Positions 25,915-38,900 of a stretch of DNA of 64,000 bases are shown piece after piece. The position numbers and the translations under genes are program-made. Below the pieces are notes generated by a model. That model had not been told where the DNA came from, searched no databases, and saw nothing but the letters and a program-made list of their open reading frames with translations. Every line of letters starts with the position of its first letter. Position 1 is the first letter of the stretch. Source of the DNA: Balanoglossus misakiensis (taxonomy: Eukaryota > Animalia > Hemichordata); NCBI GenBank assembly GCA_040954595.2, contig CM082582.2:13428327-13492326 (forward strand), written 5' to 3'.

Positions 25915-26506
25915 TATTACAAAATTTACAGCTAAAAAAGGTCCATCTTTTTTAAAAATCTGAATGCACATACAGAACAAAATATGTTATGCAGGATAAT
26001 GTATGTCACACATAAATATATTTTTTGTCCTGTGGTCAACTGTGAGAAGTCTTAGATAGCAACACATGTGTTTCTACAGTACAGGTCTGTTTTGAGTGTT
26101 TACGCTCAAGGTGGCAACTTGGAAAAAAATCAGCAAAATCATGGGTCAAATGGTCACAATTTTTTTTTAAGATTTCAAAATTTTGAAAAAACAAACCTTC
26201 TTTACAATATATTCAAATATACAATTACAATGAAGTCTTTTTTACAAAGCCAATTACATTGACCAAAGAATCTATCACAGTAAGTTATCATGGCATTAAA
26301 GATCTCCAGATGGTTTGGATGAAAAACTGGCAATCTGATCATGTTTAGACTTTGATAAATATTGTGAGTGGGTGTGTATAAAACCAACTTTTCTGGTTTG
26401 CAATGCTCTTTGTAGCTATGCACTTCCTGTGAGGCAAGATCCCATGAAGTAGTTGACAAAAATTGAAATATCTCCAACATGTTCAGGAGAGTGAGTGACA
26501 GTGTTG

Positions 26507-27277
26507 CTATGTGGCCATGGTCATATTTTCAGTTGGTTCTACCACCACACTGTTCATCTCGTCCGCATGACTGATGGAATCATAGAGTGGAAATTCACAG
26601 CACACAAAACATTTGAGGAATGATGGAAATGTTGCATACAGGGAGGTAGGAAACAGAACCAGTGGACTTGTCCTTTGCTTGTATATCTTGTAAGACTCCA
26701 GGCTGAAAAAGAAATAATTCAAGTGATTATTTTTATATCTTTTCTACAATTTATCATTATACATGTATGGTTGTGCAGAATGTGAACTATCGAGGGAAAC
26801 ATAATTTTGCCATAAGGGAGTGTGGAAATTCATAATATGAAAACAATTTCATCACAAACAACAAGTGAATAATTACCGGCCATATCTGGCGTCTGCATGT
26901 TTCTCTAAAAGAGGAATTCCACTGAGGAACAGCAACATTATTGTCACAAAGAGAGGACTGATAACAGCTACCCATTGATATCCTTGCAGAATATTTGTAC
27001 TCATGATGAAGATTCCCCACCACGCCATGATCTCTCCAAAATAATTGGGATGTCTCGAAGATTTCCAAAGCCCTGTACATGGAAGAAAAAAAGCAGAAAA
27101 TATCGGTCATGATCAGTCTCACCTTGATTTTAAAAACAATAATTTGGAACTGATTTGTATCATTCTTGCACCAATTTTAAACAAGGTTTCAATTCTGACG
27201 TGTCAGGTTAGGCAAGGCTTTGGAGAAGAAATGGAAAAGGTCAAGACATTTAAATGAACTGGAACAGCTGGATGGAT

Positions 27278-27345
<68 letters not shown>

Positions 27346-28539
27346 GACAGATGGATTGATTGGTGATTCACATAAGATCATTGGTTCTCGCTTATCTCCA
27401 TAATTCCTAATTGCAAATCACATTACAATTAAGACTAACACAATAAGTCTACTTTTGAATTTGAAGTACATGCCACACTGTGTCTATATAGACTTGTGAG
27501 GGCGCTAAAATGAGTAACCATGGCTACAGCTACATACACTTTACTGACACAAACATCATGCTCATAAAGAATCATTGTGACAGTGTAGAGAGATAATCCT
27601 TCACACACAAAGACACAAGAACATTCATAGAAACCATCACCAACCTACATCACACCATTTCCCATCATTCTTTTGGTTGTGACGGAAACTGAATTTTTGA
27701 TGATCAGCCACCGCTTCCACAAGAAATCCTGTGATGAAAATAACACTGCCAACATAGTCCAAGACAAAAAAACTCTTTCCAGTGTCTGAACTGTGGGAGT
27801 TTATGAATATAACAGACATGCTGACTGTGAACACCCATACTGCCTGCAGAAAAAAAGTTCAAAATAATTATATGACATGAACCAGTACGATTGTTCCATT
27901 GGAATGAATGAATGCAAAGCATGCATGTCCATCTTGAGATCTAACTCACTTCAAAGACAGGAAATCAAACTTGCTACATTCAGAATTCAATGATCGACTG
28001 ACCAAAATAGATAGAGTTAAAGACTTGAAAGATCTAGTTTTTATGTGAAACTTACTTGAAATGTCCAGAATCCAATAAAGGTACAAGGGTTACTCCACTT
28101 GTTATCACATCGCTGTTCTTCACCGATTTTAACCATTCTGTAGACAAGGTAGGAGGAGAGACGAATTCCCCATATACACACAAACACTGTCACAACTATC
28201 TGTCGCATGCAGTAGGTCTAAAAACGAGCAAAATCAGAGATATATATTAAACCTACCATTCTGTTCTTCTGACCAAAGTTAGAAAAGTTAATGATAAAAT
28301 GCTGTGCCCAAATGTTCCATAAAAATTTCTTATGGGTTATATCTCAGCTTGTCAATCATACAAACCTGTGCAAGGAAGAATGTGACAACAGCCAAGACAA
28401 CAAAGTTACTTCCTCCAGCCAGATCAGTGACTTTGTCGAATTTGAAGATAGCAGCAACAGCAAAGAATATGACTTGCATGCAGACAGTAATGATGGCCGA
28501 CACACACAGATTGTCCTCATCTATCACGTAGACAGACAT
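26507..28539 (-). CDS. DUF1295 / steroid 5-alpha-reductase C-terminal-like (ICMT-fold) multi-pass membrane protein, ~308 aa, 5 coding exons
   Basis: Exons 28539-28366, 28217-28056, 27843-27645, 27072-26877, 26702-26507 all have GT-AG boundaries with consistent phases, 927 nt total. The translation has family motifs KFDKVTDLAGGSNF, WGIRLSSYLVYR, FWTFQAVWVFTVS, EAVADHQKFSFR, WCDVGLWKSSRHPNYFGE, LSGIPLLEK and YKQRTSPLVLFP. Confidence 0.9.
27281..27344 (+). repeat. (GAAA)16 microsatellite in intron 3 of the DUF1295 gene
   Basis: Direct read of perfect GAAA units. Confidence 0.97.
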
Positions 28540-31500
28540 CTTGCAGCATCATAACCGTCTGAAAAAAAAGGTGGAAAATACATCATTATAGTTGACAAAC
28601 ATATAGTATACTTCAGTACCAGTAAGGTAGAACTGCACCTTTCTTGATAATTTGGTTATAAATTTGTAAGGTACAAAATATTTCATTTAAAATGAAAGCA
28701 TTACATGCAATTGAAAGGCAGATTACAGACTGATATTATCATAATCCCTGTGGAATGATATTCTACCTGCAGAACTGATTGCTGATCACAATACCAAACT
28801 CTCTGCATACAATTTATAATGCTGCAGCTACAATCAACAATACCAGCTACAATTCCTGCTGAACATATTTTTGTGTTTTAACATTCTCATATAGTATGTA
28901 ATTGATCTCACGCAAGTTTGCCTCAATACATTGATTATTTTCGACAATAGATCCCATTCATGCATTGCCAGTTATCAAACACATGTAAATGCGTACTACT
29001 CTGTTCTGGTTTCTAAATTTAAGACTTTCCTCACTGGCATCACAGCTCTTCCATCCATCTGTCATTTCAAGTTTGCCATATGTCAGAGGACTGTACAGTC
29101 ATTCTGCACATAAAAAGAATATTTGCATCAGTAACTGCATGAAATTTGATCTTGCCCCTTCAGCAGATTATTGACATAAAATGAACGACAGCATTTATTC
29201 TTTTACTTTCTAGTTTGTCTCACACGATCTTCATCGCCATGGTTGCAAGGAAATTACCTATTTAGACACGTTGCATGTGACAGGCAAATTCCATTTCCAT
29301 GATGTAATCATCACAGACATAAAAATGCAATTTCATTTCACTGATTTCCTTTCATCTAGTATGCCTTCAATCCACTGAGAATTTGAGTTTGATGACAACT
29401 GACAATGAAACTTCATGCTATTCAAGTACAGCCGAGTTTATAATGAACTCTCCACGACAACCACAGATACAGTTTGTATCTTGCTGAACTCTGGTCAATT
29501 TCACAGCGCAATGTATTTGATAATTTCACCTGATTAAATATATTTCGTTACTTCCATGACAGGAAACTCACTGGTACTTATTCAGGCATGTGTGCTTGAT
29601 GACAAGAAAATTCCATTTCAAAGTGTACTCACAAACAATTAATGACAATCAAGAATCACAATTTCATTCAAACGCCACTTAATTACTCTCCTTTTTCTGA
29701 TTCTAAAGCCTACTCTAGCATGTAGGTTGTTAATTGCTCAGTATTTTCATTCAGCTTGTGCACACAGCCTGTGCAAATATTGTTGACAACTGGATTTAAG
29801 TCCACGCAGGCATTTTTTTAAATGCTGTCCAACAAATCAGCTGAAATAATAAAGGCATTATGACAGAAGATTCATGAAATCTCACCAATATCATCTATGA
29901 TAATTTTTTGCTGCAAACAATGGTTGTCCCTTGCTGTACATATTCACCAATCAGAAAGAGAGTAAATCAAGCAAAGAAAAATGATAATTATAGCAAATCA
30001 CGAACCTGAGATCTTTTTCCCTGATAGGGAGACAGATAATGGCTGTTCAGATATCAGATAAAACCAGTACTAATTAAAAGTCAAAGGTCACGAAAACTCT
30101 CTCTTTCAGAGCGGAATTTCAAATCCTACCATTATCATGATTATTTTCTGAAGGACATTTTTCATCAGTGGTCTGACAAAGAATGCACAGAAAGCTCCAC
30201 GTAATCAGTATTTCACCCATGTTCATGTTTGCATCCACGTAGTGAGTTCTAACAATCATGCAAAGAGTGGCCAGATTAAAGACTTCCTGTTTGATTTCAC
30301 TTTCAGCTGTTACATCTCTGGACGTCACATTGGTTGGCACTGACACCAAAGGATAATCCTAATCATTCGCCATAAAATGAATGAAATACTGTCAGTAACA
30401 TAATAGCATGAGCTGCACCAAATGCTGTTAAAACACACTGTAAAATCTTTTATTTCATGAACTATTTGGTTGACCTCCAAATAGGTCATGTTATTTGTGT
30501 CATGGCAAATGTTTGTGGTGTTATATCAAGAGGAAATGTACCACATTTTCATGTCCATAGGCAAAAATATACATCTTCCAAAACAGCCAGCACACTTCAA
30601 TGTGCAATTGTGTAACTGTAAGAGAAATATTGACTGGAAAACTGTTTCTATTGAACTAAACCATCCATCACTCATAATGAAGGTATCTTACAAGCAGGAT
30701 TTGAGTCTCTCTGGTTTCATATCACAAATCAAAAACCATCTCCAGTGTTCAAGGGCATTACATTCAACAATGCAATTTACCATACAGTGCCTTATGTTAT
30801 TCTATATTCACCGTTACCTTAAAAATGCTGCTGGTGATATTCAAAATTCAACACAACAGTTCGCTACATCAGACTATCAAGTTTATTCATATTCAATTCA
30901 ACAGCACCTTCAATACACAATGTAGTTTTGTCAAAACAGTCACATCTCCAAACACCATGGAGGTCAACCAGTCAATTGCGCATATACAAAGATCAAAACT
31001 CTAAGTACATTAATTCTTGCTAATAGATGAATGCAACAACTGTAACTCTTTGTAGCCATTGAAATGATTAATCAAAATGCTAGCCGGTTGTCAAGATGAA
31101 ACTGTAGAACCCAGGCATGTGCTGCCGTGCAGAAAGACACTTGGCAGAGTGAGACTGACATCTGTTCAATTTATATGACAAAACCAATTTGTTCTAATTA
31201 ATACAGATTTACCTCATGGCATTGAACCCGCAAATTGTGGCTTGAATGCTGAAATAGCATTAAAAGATTTTTCCCACAGAGATGCTAACAAAATTAATTT
31301 TAACATCTCTCAATGCACTGATTCAATTCAAACATAATCACTAAAGAAACCAACTATAAACTTTTTATTTGATTTGGATCATTTCCAGGGCGGCACAGCT
31401 GGAAAACAGAATAAAAATATAAAAATATATTGATTCTACCTTGAGTTTAATGGTATGACGAGACCTATGCACATACCAACTGGTGCTTCTATCAGGCATA

Positions 31501-31909
31501 CGAAAATATAATGCACTGCTTACCCTGAAATCCTACAAATTCTTTATGTCTTAGCTGTGTTTTTAACAAATACAAGTAGCCATCCTTGTATGAATATACA
31601 TATTACAGGCAGCTGTAACTTGAGTTTCAAGAGATTTAATCGATAAACCATCCTGTCTTGATTACACACCAATGTTGTCATGGCAATCACTAACCCTTTG
31701 GAGAAATCACAGGACATCATAAAGGACATCACTACAAGAAATGCTGTCCCATGACTTGACCTCACTTCAGGACATGTTTCTCAGACGCAGTCGTAAATAG
31801 AGCACTTGATATTTCCTGCATGAATGGGCGGTTGAAACAGAATCAGGGGAAATGCACAGGTTGGATTAGTTTCTGGCTTCAGGAAATACAGAATTAGCTT
31901 CTAGCTGGA

Positions 31910-31923
31910 GGGGGGGGGGGGGG
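31910..31923 (+). repeat. Poly-G tract (G14)
   Basis: Direct read. Confidence 0.9.
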
Positions 31924-33531
31924 TAGGAGATCTGCTTCTCTGATTACATTGCACAGGTAATGCTTTTAACCCTTCAAAGTTAAACACCTATCTACACCTG
32001 TATATCATGGTTCAAATATTCTTCTGCAATTTGCCAAAATTTGGGAAAGATGACATTATGCATTAAACTGAATCTAAAGTAGAAACATGCCTGTACACAG
32101 ATGTTAAGACATATGTTGTATGGTTAGTTAAAAGAGGAATCAAAAACCGTATTTCATTGTTAGTGTACCAGTGATATTTCGTGGTTGAATATTCAACAAA
32201 ACATAGTGGATAAAGCTCCTCTTTTATGGAAAATACAATGGGTTCACAGAAGTGAAATTGACACCAAGTGAATGGAGTATGTGAAATGGCAGTAGCTGTT
32301 CTTATCAAAGAGACTGTCCAGACACCATCTCATACACAATGCATGGTGTGTGACTGTTAGCAGTTTCATGCAATATTAATTGAAATAGCAGGCACATCAC
32401 TTGGATATGTGACTGAGGTATTAATGCCAAACTAACACGCAATCTCTTTTGACATGTACATCACATACGTAAATTGGTTTGGATTCTCAATTCAGCAACA
32501 TTCTCCACAATTCTGATGAGAAATTTTAAAATGTAAATATGAATATTTATGATACAACTCCACACCTTGATGTAATGAATGCCAATCAACTTATAATCCG
32601 AATTGGGTACCTGTTAAAACATGGAAAGGGGAATTTTCTTCATCTTCAGAACTGACAAGTTAATATGCAAATTCATGTCTATATGAAGATGCTGAAGTCT
32701 GAATAAATAATGGGTGTGAGAACAGCCCTGACAACTGCAGCTTCAAAAATGTTTTATGGACAATAAATCTGGCAATATAAATCACTTCTCACATAATAAA
32801 TCATAAAAAATAATGTTAAAAGATCAAAAACAGTTTAAACCAGCACATACAACGTATTTAGATAAATTTAACTAGTAGCTTCTTTATAACCATGAGAACA
32901 ATCAGCTATATTAATCCATACGTACAGAATCGGGTATTAAATTGCAATACATTTCAAATCATGCATTTGAATTTACATTAAAAAGACTTACAATTCACAC
33001 AGCTAGAGGGTTCCAAGAAATATTCAACGCATCAATTATAACTGCAGATGAGGACACTGACAATCCACCTGCTCTAAAGTCCCATCAATGTATGAATCTG
33101 ATTCCGTAATGATTCCACGCTTTGACTACGGGGACTAAACCATTTCAGAATGGGGGTGGTACAACGACAAGCGAGATAAACAGTACCAGTGCAGGTGAAC
33201 TCCAATTGATCGAGTGTGTGCCAATTTCTTTCATGTGAATCCTCTGATCTTTAAAAGCTCTTAGAATGGACAAATCTACTTTGTGTTAAGCCAAGCTGTC
33301 AGAAAATATCTAGCTCATGATGAACTATTTGCAAATTAGCATGCAAGCCCTTCTCATCCTTTAGCTGTGCCTGGCTGCTGAGGTGATTAACTAAAATGGC
33401 TAAAGGGCAATTTGGAAAGAAAATTTATTTCCTAGGGTAGAATTCATTCATCAATTTGGCAGAGAGACCTACATGTACTCATAAATCCTAAAAAGTGGTA
33501 AAGCTGTTAGGGCAATTGTACACTTGGATGG

Positions 33532-33569
33532 CATCATCATCTTCATCATCATCATCATCATCATCATCA
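33532..33569 (+). repeat. (CAT)n microsatellite with one interruption
   Basis: Direct read; it produces the spurious poly-Asp in ORF 33488..33895. Confidence 0.92.
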
Positions 33570-34730
33570 CGAACAGAACACAGAAAAAAGGGAAACATAG
33601 CTGGAACAACACACTGCAAGTGAAATGTAATTATGATATTTACCATACTTTCAAACAATGTTGACAAAATATTTTTCAACTGCTGTTGAGCTGACCAGAG
33701 TGTCTCTAGAAAATACAGAGTTCTTGAAATTTTTTCTGATATTATACTCAACATTGGGGCCAAATGTCCATACAGCATGTTACATTGTATATTAAACAGC
33801 AGTTTTCTGTCCATGCCATATTTGAAGGGCACCTTCAAACTCTGAGGAAGATTGGGAAAATAGGCCAACCAAGCCAAGCTGTGCAGACTGGACATTGCAT
33901 TCTTTTCAGTGTTTGTGGTGTATAACAGTAGCCACTGGTCAGTAGCATGCCATAAATATCAAATTGCACTCAAGAGTAAATATAGATTTAAACAGGCATT
34001 TCTGTCTGCTGGATACATCACCAAAATGATATTACTTAACATGAATCAACACAGCCATTCCAAGAGTAATCTCATAAACATATACAAGTATACAGACAGC
34101 CTGACATGAACATGAGTGAGTTAACAAAAGTCATACCCATCAGAAAATAAGAAACCTCTTAACACTCTCAGTAAGATGGATACATTAGCTCTATGGTGTG
34201 GTAGATAGATACTTTGTTAGATTACAGGTTCTACAAAAAGCAACAATCAATGGCCGGAAATTTCAAGTTGCATTCACATACTCCTGACAAACTTTGACAT
34301 TTCTATAGGAACTTAATGAAGCAAGAGAGTGTATAATTCTCCTGGGAAGGCCACTGTGTTTGTTACGGACAGTTATACTAAAACCCCATTTATTTGCAAA
34401 GCTGAAGCAATATGCTTTCAAATGTGACAATTGTTTCACATTCGATTTGTCATGTCTTTAACCTCTCCATAGTGAGGCTGTCTGTAACTCTTAGTCATCA
34501 CTCTGTTTTAAAAGTACATGTATGTGTATATGGTTGGACAGTTTTGTGCAAGTAGTAGAACCAACACTTGTCAGATATTATAGCCATTAGCCTTTAGTAT
34601 CTGATGAGTGTAGTGTAGGTTCTACATACACATGTATATATAATATTACACTCTTGTGTCAATATCACATGTGTCAATATCAAGCTAATTAAATATTCAC
34701 GAGAAGTGTCACTATCACTTGCTGTTGATC

Positions 34731-35330
34731 ACTTACCGTGGTCACGTCAGTTGCATTATAGTAATAACTTATACGTATTCAATCTTTTTCTTCATTCGAT
34801 AGACGATGGGTCAAGCTTTCTTCTCTAATTCTAGCTTGGTCTAAGAGTATGCGACTTGAGGATTATTTATTAGACTGCATGAACAAACCAAGGCTTCATT
34901 TCAGTGAAAGTGATCGCAAGCAGTGATTTAGCCCCCTAACTTTCTCAATTTATCACTAGGGTCACTTTCAGTCATCCTTGTTGATGTTGCAGGTCAAATG
35001 ATATATGAACAAGGGATGTGCAGCTGCGAAAATATCTTTATTAACATTCTTTTGGTTTCTGTTCTTTGAATTTTCCACGTGTTTGCGGAATATTTTCTCG
35101 CGATAATCTTAGAATAAAGTCCGAATGCATCGGGAAATAAATTGTAATGTAACTCGTAATCAATGCAGGGTGACTTTACTTTTAAATTTCCCATGATGCA
35201 ACACGCGCCTGGCTTCCATGGTGATAAACAATATGGCGGACACCTAGACGCTGGATCGAAAATAATCTGAAAGGTTCTGCAGCGAGACATATTGACACCA
35301 CAATAGTTTCTTTGGTACGTAATCCCTTTT
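34731..35330. promoter_or_regulatory. Putative bidirectional promoter / first-exon region shared by the DUF1295 gene (minus) and WDR97-like gene (plus)
   Basis: CpG is locally richer than in the CpG-poor flanks. A consensus minus-strand donor CACG|GTAAGT at 34737/34736 could join the acceptor at 28559. YY1-like AATATGGCGG at ~35230 and a partial X-box CTTCCATGGTGAT at ~35213. No TSS data. Confidence 0.45.
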
Positions 35331-35966
35331 TCAGATATTCATATGATTAATTTCCGAGGAAGATTTAGTCGTTAAATTCAAGACACAGAATCCTTTACAC
35401 TGGACAAACGCGTAACTAACACTAACAGTAACACTTCACAGGTGTACGTTTACACCTGACGTATCTATTGATCAATGATCGGTTTCACCATGTCAATTTC
35501 CGAGATCGCCGATTTCACCGTAAAAGACGGCTCGGTTTTATTCAGAAGTAAGGAACGATCAGAAGTCGAACGATCGTCCGATGCAATTTTGAATGTGCCC
35601 CAGTGTTATTGTTGATCTCTATTGATCGGAGGGATTGTCTACACGTTCATATGTAAACAATATAATATCATGGAGGTACTAGAGAGATCCAAAGTGGGTC
35701 ACTTGAATTAATACTTGAGTTTTCGATAGATCTGTTGTGGGTTTGGTAACATATTATGGTGAAACTAAACAATGTCCTGTTTTTATTTGAGATCACAATA
35801 AAAATAATAATAAATCTGTTTACTTCCCCCTATTTATCTGATCAGATCAGATGATTTGTCAGCAATGATCTAACAAGGAAAGATCTGAGTTCCAAGGCTA
35901 TACAGACAGTGAAATTTCACACCATTCTGTCTCTGTTGAAACCAATGTCATCATCTTCTCACAACA

Positions 35967-38900
35967 ATGAGCCTTGCACAAGCAAGAAAATTTCTGGACA
36001 CAACACAGAGGAAACCAGGACAAAAAGAAAATGAGACCAAATCCCAGTTCTTCTGGAGGAAACTTCGAGAAACAATCAGATTTACTGTGAAAAATGTCTA
36101 CAAGGCTGATCTGAAAAGTGTGCTCATAGGACATGGTGTTCATCATATGAGAAAAATTAATCACATCAGTGAAGTAACTGAAGTCCTGTTTAATCCAGAA
36201 AAAAAGGTGAGTTTATCATGGTTTAACTTCACTCATACCTAACCATACTTAAGCTCTGAAACGTCAAAGTACACGTTCACAGTCCCTCCATCAGAGTGAC
36301 TGAGTATACCATTTTATATTCACCTTTTCTCTTATTCTAATACACGTTCTCCTCAGGAATATATTACCCTTGATGGCAAAAGTATAAACATATATCACTT
36401 AGATGGAAGGTCTAAAGATCACCTTCAAGCTGAGGAAGATTTCACACGATTGGTCCATGCCAAGGAAGTCAATGAATTCATTGGTTGGACACCAGGTGGA
36501 GAGGAACTGTTGTTGTTGTCTGATGACTTTGAGTTGATATCTGTTGGTAAAGTGCCACAGAAGATCTATGCAGTTGTTTACAATGAGCAATGTAATGAAA
36601 TAGTCACAGCTGGAGTTGGGAACGTAACAGTAAGTGTTACACAAACATTGATTATCATCCAGTGTAACTGTAAAGTCATTCATTCAGCAATATACCAAAA
36701 TATGTTAAAGCATATATGCCTCACTGCCAAGGCAGATACTTGATACCTGTTTTTGCAAGTTCGGTACTGAATGATTTTCATGAATCGACTTCTCAATGAG
36801 AATATGGCATCTAAACATTGCTCCTTCATTTCAGTCTTGGAGTTTCCGGTATGCAGCCAAGCATCTCATACCAAGGAAAATGGCAAAAGAGGGTCTGAGT
36901 ACACAAGACGTCTTCCCATTAATCACATTAGAAGACACAGCCAGCAGAAGTCAAAGAGCATACACAGCTTGTGGCAGTGCTGTTGCAGTCTTCAATTTGT
37001 ATGAAGGGAAACTGTTGGCATACAAGAAAGACCTGCATGTCAGAAATATCACAAGGTAATAAGCCTTTGCCAGGAACTAGGATGGTCTTGAAAAAGAAAA
37101 TGTTTAAAAATCCCTGCAGGGGGCGCTCTTTGGATCATGATACAAAAAGTATTGGAATTTTAAGCCTGGACTGGAATTGCCGCACTGATAAACCAATTCT
37201 GGACATTTCAACATGCCTTTCGATGGGATATTAAAACTGTTTACGTGTTTGTTTTCCTTTCTCAGCCTGCTGTACTTCAACCCTGTCAAATGTTTGATCA
37301 CAGCAGCCAGAGATGGTACCATCAAAATGTGGGACGACAATTGGCATTTGAAGTTAGTCTTTGTAGGTCACAGTGGTGCTGTCAGTTGTCTAGCTGTCTA
37401 TCCATATGGACCATATATCATCTCAGGGTCACATGACTGTACTCTCAGAGTCTGGAGTTTAGAAACCTGTGATGAGGTTGACATGTAAGTAATTGCAGCA
37501 AACACACGATTAAGAGTGTGTGACCATGTGTGTGTGGGTGGGTGAGATCTTTAACCTGTATGTCAAATGTAATCTGTAGCCCCAAGTTGTTGCATTTCAT
37601 ATACCGGTATATATATTTTCAAAACAGGATTGAAACTTCTGATCCGGTGGATGGACTAGGTACCACCCTACAGAGTGATAATGTTCACAGCTATTCAGCA
37701 TTTACTGTTACTTTGTGGAGAATACGAGACATACACACAATGCAAACAGCAATAGGGTAAGTGTTCTAAAAGAGTTACAATCTCTCACAGGGTAGTATTA
37801 ATGTAGTGTTTATGATATTACTTAAAAAATCTCAACAGATTTCACTTTTGCTTTAAGCTTCCACTGAGGAGTTTCACTACTTCTTCACGCAAATATTCAT
37901 AATTTCTGTGAGCTACAATACATTGTTATTTATTTTTCAGAAGCAAAATAGACAAGATTAGGATAACAAACAGACCAGAACCTGAGGTGAGTGTCTGATT
38001 GCTTATTATAGATGTAGATACTAGTATGAATTAACTGTGTATGGCGTGTAAGTCCACAAACAGATTTCTTTCCCATATGAACATCAGTCAAGGCTCTCCC
38101 TCCCTCTATATTCCAGTGTCCACCGCGTGCATTAGTCGTGACCAGAGACTCTACAGTGAGAGTGATCGCACCCAATAATGGTAATGTCATAACATCACTG
38201 ATAGTTGATAAGAAAATTGGAGTTGTGGATGCAATCTATGCACAGGCAGAGGGTGAGTGAATTCCTAACATTGATTTCTTTGGTTGTTGGTTAATTGCTG
38301 GGAATTCTGTAAGGAATACAAGTGCTGTGGATTATAAATAAATGATTCATGAAATGTATTCAAATTCAATAATGGTTTAACTTTGCTTTCTCGCAGAGAC
38401 TATGTTTGTTGCCCTCAAGAATGGTGATATGGTACGAACAAGGACTAAAGTCAACCCCAGTATAGTCAAACACACATGGAAAGGCAGTGAGGGAAGTGGT
38501 AAGGTTTGATACCTCTCCAGTTGTGGTATTATTGCTGTACAGAGCTGATCATTTTGTAGTTACCACATTTGCCAACCAACTTAATAATTCATTTTGATAT
38601 TCTCTTCACCTCTCAGAAAGAGAACATTTCAACTGCCTGTGTTTATATGAATACATTGTTGAGAATTCCCTGGAAACTGATGTGTGGAAAGGACTGATGA
38701 GGTCAGCCAAGGTTACAGTACAGAGTCCAATGAAAGGATCCAAGATGAGAGGCAAAGACAGAACATTGGTCATGGGTGGTCGCAAAGATGGTTATCTGGC
38801 CGTGCTGGACTGGAACACTATGGAAGTCACCTACAAAATCGAGGTGAGAATTTCACTCGCAATACATTCAGTTTGGTTGTGTGTATGTGGGGTGATCCAG

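Noticed and set aside
27189-27371. ORF with SFFL repeats
   Set aside because: Translation of the intronic (GAAA)16 microsatellite.
28560-34730. ORFs in the long 5' intron/intergenic stretch (e.g. 30488..30925, 33488..33895)
   Set aside because: No recognisable domains or exon chain; the poly-Asp comes from a (CAT)n microsatellite. No transposase or RT motifs seen.
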